Position numbers and translations under genes: made by a program. From NCBI GenBank assembly GCA_047495785.1, contig JBLDXI010000026.1, positions 1,422,532 to 1,486,531 of the forward strand: a stretch of DNA of 64,000 nt. Direction: 5' to 3'. Under the pieces are notes generated by a model. The model searched no databases and was not told where the DNA came from. It worked only from the letters and a program-made list of their open reading frames with translations. How positions within the stretch are numbered: position 1 is the stretch's first letter; every line of letters begins with the position of its first letter. This DNA is from Lepidodermella squamata (taxonomy: Eukaryota > Animalia > Gastrotricha). Of the stretch, positions 48,222 to 61,288 are shown one piece after another.

Positions 48222-51182
48222 ATGAAGCTACTGCAAGGCCCAAAGGGCCCGCTTGTTCTATTCGATTACTTTGTCTCGTTGTTGGCTATTATCGGCAATT
48301 GCCTCGTACTTGAGAGCGTTCTCAAGGTTCACTTCGATTTAACAGGTAAATTTCATATTTTTTTATTTAATTTTTCAATATTTTAATTTTAATTTTAATT
48401 TAATTATTTTTTATTAGGTTATCGAAGGTTTCTAATATCACTGGCGATAAGTGACCTGTATATATGCGGCGTAAATCTGCTCGGTTTTATCCACGCGACA
48501 GTAACCATGTACTCGACAAATCCGCAAATGGAGAAGTGCGGTGCCGATTTTTTGCGCAGCCTGCAATTCGTCGGCTTCTTCGCCAATCTACTCAACCTAT
48601 GCGGCATGACTGTAGACCATTTTATCGGCATTGTTTATCCTCTTCGATATTGCGATGTAAGTGAATTTTTATGAATTATCTCAATTTTTTATCGAATTTT
48701 TTTTCAGCTCATGAATAAACGCGTGACTCGAATAGCCGTAGTCGCAATTTGGGTTACGTCATTTGTATTAGGATTCGCCGATTTCCCAATCGCAACAGCG
48801 GTGTATTTGACGAATCACTACGAACCCACGCAGTCTTCGTCCGATTTCACCTTCCCGTCAGACAGCGCTGGGCTGGGCGATTTCAGCGGGCTGTTCGGCA
48901 GCTTTCAAATGCCGCCGACTATCAACGACTCGTACAGCGACGTCAACAGCGATACTATGAGCATGATAAAACAGCCGTTATTCGCGCGTGGCATCGATTC
49001 GCCTATGCCGCCTAATTTTGACCCTTCGATGAACTTCGACGATCAAAGCCTACCTGTTGAACCGACGCCGAATCCGTTTTTGTTTCTCGATAATATGTCT
49101 GGCCTTATCCCAGATGAATTGTTCGGCAGCGTACCGGGCTCTATCATGGATTCGACTGGCAACATACCCAGCAGCGTCATCACGGACATTGCTAACATGA
49201 TCGCTAATGGGTAAGCTCTATTTTTATAATTACTTAATTTAATCCGGCCTAAAAATAAGTTGCGTGGGTGATTTTTTTATTAGCCGCTCACACAAATTTT
49301 AATTCGCCGTATTATTTTTCCCCAGGACCGGATCAGGATCGGGTGAAGAAAACGTGGAGAAGACCCTGTACGAGGAAATACTCAAAATTGTTCAACATAA
49401 AAAGGAAAATGTTGACTGGTGCACGTTTTACCTGTCAAACAAAGTCTGGCTCGAATTCTCTGTCATGGTAAATTAAAATTTATTAAAAATGTCCAAGATT
49501 TAATTAAATTTTTTCAGACTCTGACCTTGGCTTGCTTCATTTTCCTAATTATCTGCTATGGCCGCATTTTCAAAGAAGTATTCGTGAATATTGACCCGTC
49601 GGAGCGAAATACCCGGAAACTTGTTGTTACTACTTTTCTCCTCCTTGGCGCCTTCACTGTTTGGTAAAAATTTCGATTTTTTTTCCATAAAAAATTATGA
49701 ATTTTTTGCGTCTATTTAGTTGGCTTCCATTCATGATTTTTGAATTTTCAATGATCCTCGTTCTTCGAACTGATAATGACTCAAACAACGCCCGGACTCT
49801 GGCTGGTTCCGCGAGCTTTCTCATTATTCATAACAGTGAGTCGTAAATAAAAAAAAATTGAAAAAAATCCACCTTAATTATTTTTTCACGCAGTTTTCAA
49901 CTCGTTGCTCATGTGCTATCCGCTGCTTGACCCCGTAATTTACGCCGCTCGAATGCGAATAGTTCGGCGGTACATTCTCGCGCAATACGGCCGGTTTTTC
50001 CCGTGCTGCCGTGGTTACATCAGACGTGCCGCTGCCCGTCGCACCTCTGTCTTCACGTACACGCTAACAAGCCAAACATTCAACGGCAACTTGGCCCAAT
50101 CGAAGTCAATGTCAGGCAGTGGCCACGGCAGTAACAACAGCGGCAATCGACTGGCTGTTGTCAATAGCAACGACTTCTCGCGGCAGTACAGTATCACAGA
50201 GTCGGCCTTTACAAAGCGAGAAAGTGTCTCGGCTGTTAGCAACATGTCTGGCGCCGAGTCGCCCGACAACGACGAACAGCCCAACTACACGATAAGTTCA
50301 ACAGCGTTGAGTCACTTCAACAACCGCGATCAGCAGGTGACGGTCAGTTTGTTGGGCAACAACAAGGTTCAAACCGAGCTAGCGCCCGACATCGCAGCAC
50401 AGGTCCACTGCCCGCCGCTTATCTATCAACGCGATAGTTTCAAGAAGCAAATTCGGCAAATCTACGGCTCTGCTCAACAGACATCGCCGCAACGAATGCA
50501 AACATCGAAACCGCCAATGCCCTTCCCAAGGCCGGGCGAGAAGAATCAATGCGGCGAGAATGCGAGTAAAAGCGATTGCGATGAGTCGAAAGATGGCGCG
50601 ACATTTCGCGCGCCCAAGTTGAAATCGCGTAGCTCGTATCAAATCCCGGTGAATTTGATAAGCGGCTCGTCGAGTTGCGACCAGGACGTGACAACGGCGA
50701 GCAGCAGCTCGGCGTCGGCCGGCGTTTCAACAACGTCATCGTCCGCGCCCGACGATTCCTGCACCCAGTTGATACACGACGGTGATTGTTGTTCGGCTGG
50801 GTGTCTAGACGATGATTCATCCGATGTTGACGTGATGGCGCCGCCTGACGCGTCGATTTTGCGGCTAAATAGCGCGCTGCTACGGCGAACCGGTTGCCCG
50901 TGTTCGGAATTTGCCAACAGCCAGCAAGTTGTCGATAAATTTCGAGACAATTCACTGCGGTTACTAGGCGCGGGCAGTTTGGGCCCGGATCACTCGCGAG
51001 GCGGTGCTTCATCCTGCGGCCACGAGGTGCCGAGCAGTGAAACCAACGCGCCTATTCTAAGGAAGAACTTCATCGGTAAATCGCCGACTCTAGGCGACTT
51101 CGCTAACCCGGTCGATGACCTACTTTCTCAACGCCACCATAATAATCAAAGCGCCATCAGTAACGATTACGTGCTTAGCTAA
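48222..51182 (+). CDS. Rhodopsin-class orphan GPCR 1 (DHF motif, very long ECL2, ~400-aa Ser-rich C-tail)
   Basis: TM1 LAIIGN, TM2 GYRRFLISLAISDL, TM3 CGADFLRSLQ..GMTVDHFIGIVYPLRY, TM4 W, TM6 VCWLPF, TM7 CYPLLDPVIYAARMRIVR. Start codon tentative. Confidence 0.9.
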
Positions 51183-52025
51183 CGATTTATGTATCATAAA
51201 ATAATTATATATTAGTTTGTGAGCATTTTTTTTAATAATTTCTCTCTCTCTCGCTGTGTCATGAAATGAAAAATGTGAAAATTATTTCAGCTGTTGTAAA
51301 ATTAATAATAATATAAAAGCACTTCAAAGTGATCAAGGCTCTTTCAATGGCTATGATATATAGAACTTCGCGCTGATCAAATATTACGAAAAAAACAATC
51401 AATCAAATGCGTGTCGTTTACTATATTCAAGTTTTAATAGTTTTCGTGTCCGGTGTCTATATATTTGTGTGTGTGTGTAAATTTATTGTTAACTTTACGT
51501 GTGTATAAGAATGAAGAGCGAACAAATTACCTGTTTTTTTCAGAGTTTTTCATATTTTTTTTCTCGCGTCCGATTGTAATGATGAATGTTTGCTATTTTT
51601 TTTGATGATCGAACAAATCGAGACTGATTTGTTCCGCGCCGGTAATTTGCGTCGCTAGGTATTACCGGTCAAAATGGTTTATGGACATTTTTTTATTAAC
51701 TTCCCTCCCCACATTTTTTCGCCCACGCCAAAACAGAGTTTCTTCCTTTTTGTCTTTTCGGAACTTGAAACCATGTTTTTGAAAATGCCATCGCAATTGT
51801 ACACGGAAGAAAGAATTATTATTGTATTAACGAGTGATTGGCGTTTCTTGATCGTTACACCGAACTACGGACAGTGTGAAATCTAAAATCAGCGGTGGTT
51901 AATTTTTCTTATTTTTCTTATGAAAAAAGCGATTTGTTCGAATGAGAAAATAAACTGAAATGTGTTTATATTGCAGTTTTATTATTCAAAATTATATATA
52001 ACCTTAACAATTGTTAAATTGAGTT

Positions 52026-53664
52026 TCATAGAAGCTCACTCGTTTGAGCATAAGTAAGGTCAGAATCTGCAACATCCGCCAAAGTGGTGGAACAAAATTC
52101 TTGTTCCGGCTCCAGGTCGGCGATATGACAGCAGCGCAACAGAGGCCGCAAATATTTCGCGAAAATGTACCTGAAAAATAGCGCAATATTAATGTTAATT
52201 TTTGTTGAACTTCTTTGAAAATATACCATCGAACAGTTCGCAGGCGCAAAATGCATATCACAGCGTCAGATCTATATACGAAATCTCCGTTTGGTAGCTT
52301 TCAAAAATGAATAGCAACTCACAGAGGGTAGAGCTGAAAAAGGCTGTATAACACCAGTTCCAACTTTGGCTTCGACTCAATCGACTCGATATTCGTTAAA
52401 AATTCGTAGATATTGATCGGAAGCCAGCTTAAAAACCGCATATTAGTTGAGAATAAAAAGCTCAGCTATAGAAAATTTACCAGAACGCGTAAGTCCCAAT
52501 AAGCAAACACGTTGTGATAACTAGACTTCCGATTCTTGGATTCGAATAATCACGATAAACCTAAAAGTTATGATTATAACAAAACAATCAGCGAAAAGGG
52601 TGAAAAACCTTGACAAATATAGCCAAAAAGCAGCCAATCATAAACAAAAAGCAGAAGCCGACTTGAATCTAGAATTTAAACAAATCAAAGGTGATTTTGA
52701 GCTTGTATAATCCGAGTTACCATCGTTGCTTTCGCGATCCAGCCAGAACTTGCCGAGTACATTGTGCAGAAAGCTAATGAGCGCCATTTATCGACCGCAA
52801 ATGAATACGAAGAATCCATGTAGGCCTCGTTATCGAAGTGGCCAGTCGCGTTTAATCCTGAAGATTCCATCCGAACTTGCTCGATGTAAAATTCACGAAA
52901 TCCGCTCAAATCTGAAAATAAAATTATTTCTTAAATTTTAAATTATATTGCTTTTATATACCTTGAACATCGAAGTCTTTAGTAGCCTTTTTCTCGTCAG
53001 TTTGAAGATTCACGTATAGCAAAATCATTTGACATAAATCAACAAGTCCAAAGGTAAGCGATGCAGCCCCAATACAGCCAATTATGATGAAAGCCGTCGT
53101 GTTGCTCATGATCTGAAAATGTAAAATTAAAATCGAAATCTCGACCAACAAAATCTCTTGCACTCACTTTTCGATAAGGGGTCGGAAAAACCTGTTGGGA
53201 AATTGACAATAATTATGATTATTCGATATTTAAATGTTTACAATTCCAATAAGGTGATCAAGCGTCAGGGCGATGAGGCTTAGGATATTCCAAACGAAGG
53301 CGATGTGGTACATGCTGCGTAATTTAACCGTAACGCATAATTTTTCGATGGCCGTTTTGCCTTGAAGAGTCGCGTAAGTAACGAAGATCAATTGAAGAAC
53401 AATGACAGCGCATAGGAATAGATCTGAAGCCAAAAGGCTGACGAAAAACCGCCGATAGCCAAGAGCCACCTGGCCGAGCGATCGGGCTCCATGTCGCAGA
53501 TGCATCCTAACGAGACCTTCCAGGGCTAGGCAATTGGCAGTAATCGCAAAAATTGCGATGATAATGTTGACAACACCAAAAGCGTCTTGCAGCTGTGAAA
53601 TATCTTCAAACGATACATCCGTGTCATTTGATTGATCTACAGCCGTAGAGTTAATTAAATCCAT
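52026..53664 (-). CDS. Rhodopsin-class orphan GPCR 2 (DHL motif), divergent paralog
   Basis: FAITAN, LGYRRFFVSLLASDL, LTLDHLIGIVFPTPY, WLPINIY, DAVICILRLRTVR. Confidence 0.85.
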
Positions 53665-53771
53665 CAAAATTACCTAAAAAATAATTAATTTTTGACAAAA
53701 TTTATGAATTTTCGCAAACACAAACAGTTTTCATTATCACAGAGAAATAAAAGTTATCCTAATTAAGGCGT

Positions 53772-56238
53772 TCAAGAAAAAACGTCCTCATTATTAGCCG
53801 CCGTGTTGTCATCATCAATGTTAATGTTAATGAAATCACTGTTCTGCTGCGAAGATTCGCTAACGAAGCACTCGGATATGTTGCTGGTCGATGTCGGCTC
53901 ATTCCGAGCCAACTGCCCGCTATTAATAATGTGTTGGCTGAGTCGAAATCGCTGGCCAGTAGGCGGGCTGTGCTGCTGGCTTGATGGCTGTGATGACGGC
54001 CACGCGACTAGCAGCGCGCGTGATGAAGACCTGCTGCTGTGTTGCGGATGATGTTCGAGCATGACCTCGGTTGTAGACGTAGTCACGCTGATTCGCGGCG
54101 TCAAGGTCGCCAGCGTTTGACCTCCAGCGTAAAAATTACGCCTAATCATCGCCTTCAAACAAACTGGGAGGCGGAAATATTTTTCCAAAATAAATCTGCA
54201 ATAAATTTGCGATAAAAAAAATAATTGATAAAATTAAATTTTCCAACCTTCGTATCACTCGAATCCGGGCGAAGCATATTATTGCGTCGACGAATGGGTA
54301 GGCGATGAATAGGGTGTCCAAAATATCATGGACCAGGAAAAACAAGTTTGGAATGGGCACTGGCATGTGGGCTGTAGGTGAATTGAGCAGTGTCATGATC
54401 AATTCGTAGGCTAAAAATGGCAATCGACTGAAAAAAATCATGAAAATAATTTTCAGCTCATATTTTTCGATTTTTTGTTTACCAAATTACGAAGCCACCT
54501 AGAAGAAGGCACGTGATTAAGACGAATTTCATGCGGCTAGGTAGGTAGTGGTCGTAGCTGTTGAAAACCTTCATTAGAATACCGCTATAGCAGGCCACCA
54601 GGTATATAAAACAAGTGAATGTAAGACCCTGGAAAATAATAAAATTTATTAACAATTTTCTAAAACTTAAGGTGCAAACCATCAAAATAAATTCGACATA
54701 GGCTTGCGATGACATGTAAAATGCACACCAATCGTTTTGAAGCCGTTGTTTTCGAATCAATTTCGTTGTTTCTTCCATCAGGTAATATTCAATATCGGCG
54801 ACATTGTTGATTTCACTGTAAAAAAACATAACCATAGACATTATTAATATGTTAAAATTAAATTAAAAATTCTTAAAAAAAATTTCACATTTTTTCGAAT
54901 TTACGCCAAATTATTCATCGGATGTAGAGGAGTCGTGGTTACGAAGGGCAGAAGTTCATGCTCTAATCAAAACCATTTAAATTTTGGAGCTGTATCAAAA
55001 CTGTGTGGTGCAGGTTTATGTATTAGGCTTGCGGTTAAATAAAAACTAAAAAATTTACATATGAACAAAATAGTCTGCTTCCGTTTTTTACGTTCCTCCT
55101 CTGCCTATCCTAACCCCACGTCGCATGAGTTTGGTACCAAACAATGCTCATGAATTTATCAATCGATACAATTAGTAACATTCTGGCATGAGTATTAAAA
55201 GCCATGATTCAAGGGGATATTTTTGATAATTTTAAATAGAAATAAAGAGACATTTTTAAGATATTTAAATTTTAAATACCTGATCGTCGGAACTTCCACA
55301 ATATGCCTCACCAAATATTCCGAAATTGGTGCGGTGGAGTAATTAATAGGCTTGAAAAGGGGATTTAGATTAGCAACTGAAGGCCGAGCAAGAATCGGCA
55401 TCATCTCGCGATCGCCCTGCATTGGGTCCAAATCAAATCGATACATCGTGTCGGAGAGCGATAAAATAGCTGCAGTGTCCCGGGTTGGAAACGTAAATTT
55501 CGCCTGAGATATGTTCTGAACGTGGTTCGACACGAATTCGACTGCTGCGATTGGGACATCTATGAATCCTAAACGCAGCAAACAAATAATTAAAATTGTC
55601 TGAAAATATAGGTCAAAAATATTTTGGCTGTGCGCCAAATTTCTAAAAATTTCACATAAAAATTAAAAAAAACGCACCAAGAATAAATGAGGTTATCCAG
55701 ATAATTAGGACTGAAAACCCGATTTTTCGCTTTGTGATTATTCGATTATAGCTGCCCGGATAAACCTAGAAAATATTGAAAATTATTTTTGCAGAGAAAA
55801 ATTAATGAAATGTCTGTACTATGCCGATAAAATGATCGGTGCTCATGCCGCAAAGCGATAACAAATTCGTGCAGAAGCCAGCGTATTGTAAGCTTCGCAA
55901 AAAGGCTCCACTGCAGGCAAGTGCAACAGAGTGAACCGTGTAAAATTGGGCAGCGACATATACCATTCGAACACAATTCACCGAAGCAGTGAATAAATCA
56001 CTTATTCCAAAGCTGCGGAAAGCGGGAAATTTAAATAATATTCTTGTCGAATTTTATCGGCAAACCTGATTAAAAAGCACCGATAGCCGTGTAGCTCGAA
56101 ATGGGATTTTATCGCTGCCTCCAAGATGGTTGCATTCAACAAAACTGCAAGGACTGATAGGATAACATCGATAACCATAAGAGGGCCTTTACTTGGCTCA
56201 TTTTCCAGAAATTCGCCGGCCGAGTAGTTGGAACTCAT
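53772..56238 (-). CDS. Rhodopsin-class orphan GPCR 3 (DHF motif)
   Basis: KGPLMVID, LAVLLN, GYRCFLISFGISDL, GMSTDHFIGIVYPGSY, FIDVPIA, DWCAFYM, YPFVDAIICFARIRVIR. Confidence 0.87.
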
Positions 56239-56770
56239 AGAGCCAGCCTTAAAATGTCACTTTACGTTGTATTGAGCTTCAATACTATCAACTGTTCAAT
56301 GAAAATTTCAGTGAAAAGCTCAAGAATTTAGGTGTGAGACGATGAGAAACGCGTGCCTTTTAATTCATAATTCTTCGAAAAAACGTCAACTTCAGTCGGC
56401 TAGACGCACGCGATGGCCAGAAGTTGAGCTAAATCTGCTTTATCTCGCATTTAATTGCCCGCCCACGCAATTACCCCAAAAATATAGGAATATGGGCGAT
56501 TTCCTCTCATTGATAGCTCATCTTCTGTTCGGACAGCATAGATTGGAACGTTTGTAAGAGTTGCTCATTAAACTTGTCCCCAGACATATCTATGTACAAT
56601 CAGAGCCCAGCAATTTATTGCATAGCCATTGCTTTAAATTTTATTGCCTTGAAGCGCCGTTTGAATGCATGTAATAAAAGAGGGTCATCCGGTGATAAAT
56701 CATAAAATACTGCCGCAATCAAAGTGTACTTCGTAGTCACAGTAGTAAATTCTGGTACATGATCATCGTT

Positions 56771-58410
56771 TTAATTGAATCGGTAATTTTTCTTGACGAG
56801 AGGATGAATTTTTTGTTGCTGGAGGGAAGCGCCATCTATGCGCAGCGCCCATGCAACAGTGCTTGGCAACTTATTGAAGGGAATGCCGGACATGCTGACG
56901 ATAATTCCACCGGTTTTGCTATCAGTAGACCATTTCAGGGCCCGCATTTCATAGCCGACCATGGTAACAGTCAGACCAGGTGATGATTTAATATTTGATA
57001 ACGTCAAATTGTCATTATTCGGCCATTCAAGGACTATAGCGTAGACAATGGCGCCGTTGCCGTCTGCTTTCGAAGTATACCAAACTGGGACCTAAATAAT
57101 CAGTAAATAACTGAAAAATTTAAAAATTATAATCCGGGAAAATGTAGAACTAACGTTGGTTTCGTTCTGATGTAGCCAGGGTTGGGTGCCGTAGATAGCT
57201 TCGCCGTTAACTCTCAGCCACTTGCCCATATTACGCAAGCGTTCCTCCATCAATGGCTCGATACGACCGTCCTTAGTTGGTCCAATATTCAACAACAAAT
57301 TCCCGCCGCAACTAACTGTTTGAGCCATCACGGTGATGACATCTAGATCCGTTAAATAGTCCGCCAATTGCGCCTCCCGCCTGTAACCCCACGATTGCGT
57401 GTCCAGGGTGTACGCGTTTTCCCATTTGTGCGGAATCAAATGGCCGGGGTTGAAACGGTCGGAACATGTCCAGAAGCCGCCGTGGTGGCAAGAAATGCCG
57501 TCTCCCCATCGGTCATTTGTCACTACAGTATCTTTCACAGGTGATTCATTGTATAACCAAGCTAAGAAGCCAGTCGAGTTCCAATAGGTATCAGGAGCAA
57601 CCCAATCGCCATCGGACCAAATGACCTCAGGCTGGTACTTGTTGACCAGTTCGTACAATTCCGGCATCGTTTTGGTGTCAACGAAGTAGCTGGTCTTTAA
57701 ATTGTTCTCCTGGTCTTTAAGGAGGAGCGGGTTGTACCATTCAAATAGGCTGTGATAAACGCCGAAATGCACGTCTGTCCTCAACCTGACTGATGTCATA
57801 AGCTCACCTTAAAATTTGGTGAAATTAATATTTGAAATTGGAGTGAAAAATCGATTATTACCAACTAAATCCATCTTCGGGCCAACGTCCATCGAGTTCC
57901 AGCTGAAGGATACGTTAGATGGCCAGTTGGTGTAGCCCTCGTGGTGTTTCGAGGTTAGGACGACGTATTTTGCTCCTGAATCTTGAATCAAATCGGCCCA
58001 CCAGTCTGGGTCGAACATGTAGGCATCGAAATCTCTTGCGAAGTCTTGATAGGTGAAAGAAGGCCCACTATATATTGAATTCATAGCAATAATTTAATCG
58101 AGAAATTGTTCATTACTATTGGTCAGCCATGAATTTCATGATAGAAGGGTCTTTCCCAGTTTGCCAGTTGTACCAGAACCACTCACCTTGAATAAATAGG
58201 TGTCATGTTGCAGCCTTATAGGAATATTTAGGACTTACTGTTAAAGCTTGGGACGGAAAACACGCCCCAGTGAATGAAAATGCCGATTTTAGATTGATCG
58301 TACCAAGCTGGAAGCGGTCGAGAATCAATGGAGGCCCAATTAGGCTGGTACTGGCCGTAAGAAGATGCCAGTACCGCAAAAATAGCGGCAATTTTCAAGG
58401 ATAAAACCAT
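56771..58410 (-). CDS. Alpha-L-fucosidase (GH29), FUCA1/FUCA2-like
   Basis: [53 protein letters not shown] (nucleophile), [31 protein letters not shown]. Signal peptide present. Confidence 0.97.
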
Positions 58411-59069
58411 TTTCTATTTATCAACTGGCTAGTAAATAATTATTCCAAGAAATCGATCCTCTCCTGAACTTGGAAATCAACAAGAAACTGACAGTCCAAG
58501 GCCAAAAAATTCAGAAAGCACGGCTGGGAAACTGGTTGGATATGCAAATTATTTGAAAAATGTCGGAATAAAATTCAAAAAATTTCCTAATAAGCTCTCA
58601 GGACCCTTCCATATTAATTAGCAAATTATCTCCTAAGTAATTCTGAGAGGATATGGTCGAAACATCGGCATTCCCTATTTATATAATCAATTCGAGCATC
58701 TTCAAGGTAATTTTCCCAATAATGGTCCAATGCGATCTTTCATGTAAGCTTGGAATCTGCATCGTCGCTTTTTCTATAAAATTTTGAAAAATCTTGAAGA
58801 AATCGCTAGAGAAGCTCACAACTTTTCAAGCTGGTTGATACTAAAAGAAATGTTGAACTTGTTTTTTCTGCATCGGTGTCTCAGGTCAGCCAAATTCTGA
58901 AGAAGGCTGGCACTAAACGTAACACACAAGCAGTTTGGGTCTCAAACTTGGTATATCTGTGCATATCTATAGAACTCATAGCCCTTGGCACTCCATATCA
59001 AAACAAAATGATAACAACATTATTTTATCGTGCAATTGAACTGAACAAAGATAGCACGGTTTTATATTT

Positions 59070-61025
59070 TCACGATTCATGTGTCTCCGAGTCGAGTTCA
59101 GCAAGGTTAAAATGAGACATTCGATGCTCTTTCGGAATTTCACTCAGCGGCGTTGGAATTCTCAAGACGACATTTTTCAGCCGATTATTGCTGCCCAGCT
59201 CAATAGCCGAAGCTCTTCGACTTGCGCCTAAGGACTGCGTTGAACCGCGGCTATCTGTCGACGAGTTATTACTCCCGCGTTGAGTCAAGATAGCATTCGG
59301 CGGCCCGGCCATAGAGTCGTTTGGAGTCATTAATTCAGAACTTGATGGTAACAGCAGGTTAAAAGCTGTCGAACGTCGCGCCCAGTCTTCCATGAATCCA
59401 GGGCTTAGGCGTTTTACAGCTGATGTGGTAGATAGCTGCGATTCCCGCGGCACAACTCGCTCGTTTATACACGTTTTGAAGCACGGGAAAAATCGGCAAT
59501 ATTTTGTCAAAATAAATCTAAAAAAACGCACGCTTAAATTTTTTTTAAATTGAAATTTTAAATTTTTAATACCTCCTAACGATTCGAACTCTGTTAGCGA
59601 AGATGAAGGTGTTCACAAGAGGGTAGCAATAAGTTATGGTGCTGAATAATTGTCGTAAGATGAATAAAGCCCCGGCTGATTCCATAATCGCAGCGTTTCG
59701 ATCGCTGAAGAGTACCAGGCAAAAATCGACGATTTGATAGGGCAGCCAGCATAGCCCGAAGGTAGCTAGCAGCATGTACGTAGTTACAACCATAGGTGTT
59801 CGGCTGTATCTCAGCCTCGATTCCGACTGGCGGTAATTTTTGAAAATCTATGAAAATAATAATGTAAAAAATAGTAATTCAAAAAATGGCCAAACCTCTC
59901 GGAAAATGTGAATGTAGCACACGGATAAAACAAGAACACCCGAACCAGTTAAAACCTTTAAAAATTGCTTGATATTCAGAAAAAAAATTGAAACAATTAT
60001 TTTACCAGTACAACGACTTCAAGCCAAACTTTCAGTGCCATGTAAGTTCCACACCAACCCGTAGGATCGTCATAGTCTCCAGGTTGGTGAGTCACGATGC
60101 TCTCTAGGTCTTGATAAATTCTGGCCAGAGCAGGCGAAGGCGAAGTCCTAAAAAATTTAATTAATTTAAATACTTTTTTATTTCCATTTTTGTTATACCC
60201 GTTGATTCCACCGATTATTTTTATAGCCTGTTTAAGATCATCAATTATGGGCGCAGGGTTGATTGCTGTTCGGCCGAATGTCCAAGTAGCGGGTTGGCCT
60301 GAGTGGAAACCTGGTCGATTTTCGGTTACAAACAGCCCTTGGCTCAAGTCATGAGTTCGAGCTCTGGCGGCCTTCATGAACAAAGAAGGGTAGTTGAATA
60401 AAGTCGCTAGGTAGACAGCACCAGCAACTGGGATGTCGGCGAATCCTATTACAACTGAGGCTATCCATATTGCAGCCACTGCTATGCCTGTCAATCTCTT
60501 CCCATTGAGCTAAAAATTCAATAAAAAATCATAAGGAATAATTTTAAATAGCTAATACTTCTCGATATCTTGCAGGATAGGTCTAGGGAAACATTTTAAT
60601 GAAATTTTATTCATTTTTGTCTTTGATTTCCTTACGACTCCTATGTAGTGGTCCATAGTCATGCCAGTGATGTTAAAAAATTGAGCGAAATACCCGATGA
60701 GCTGAAAATTTCGCATAAAATGGGCCCCGCATGTTTCAAACCGACTACTTTCCAGCGCTGGTATGAAAAGTTTTGTAAAATCGTACAAAAATGCGAGGAT
60801 ATTGATTATTATCAAGTAAAAATTGCTGATAGCCAGGCTGAGTAGGAATCGCCGATAGCCGGGCAGAAAGTTGACCTTAACCAAGGCTTCAAGGACTACG
60901 ATGACGTAGATCGCCCCGACTGCGGTTATGCCGTATTCGAACATGATGAAGGTGCCCTTCGGACCTGCCAGAAGTTCTTCAATCATCTTCTGGCGAAGGC
61001 CGAACAGGCGATGGATATGATCCAT
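59070..61025 (-). CDS. Rhodopsin-class orphan GPCR 4 (DHY motif)
   Basis: LLAGPKGTF, PGYRRFLLSLAISN, CGAHFMRNFQ..GMTMDHYIGV, FADIPVA, GWCGTYM, CWLPY, CYPLVNTFIFANRVRIVR. Start may be 61124. Confidence 0.88.
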
Positions 61026-61288
61026 GTTTGTTTTAAGACCTCGGAAAATGTAGTGACAGCGCCGAGGAAGAAAGCCACGCCGCAACGTGTAATTACGCAA
61101 TTTTATTATCATCCGCCGTAGCATGCCGATAATAAGGCCAAATTTGATTAAATTTTACGCGTTGATTCTGTTCACCTCATTTTTCATATAGGAAGCTAAA
61201 AGCCGCCTTTTCTTTCCGTTCTAATAAAATGAAATTTTTTTAGCATGTTCGCTCGAGCATGGTAATACCCAACTTTGAGATGATGCTC

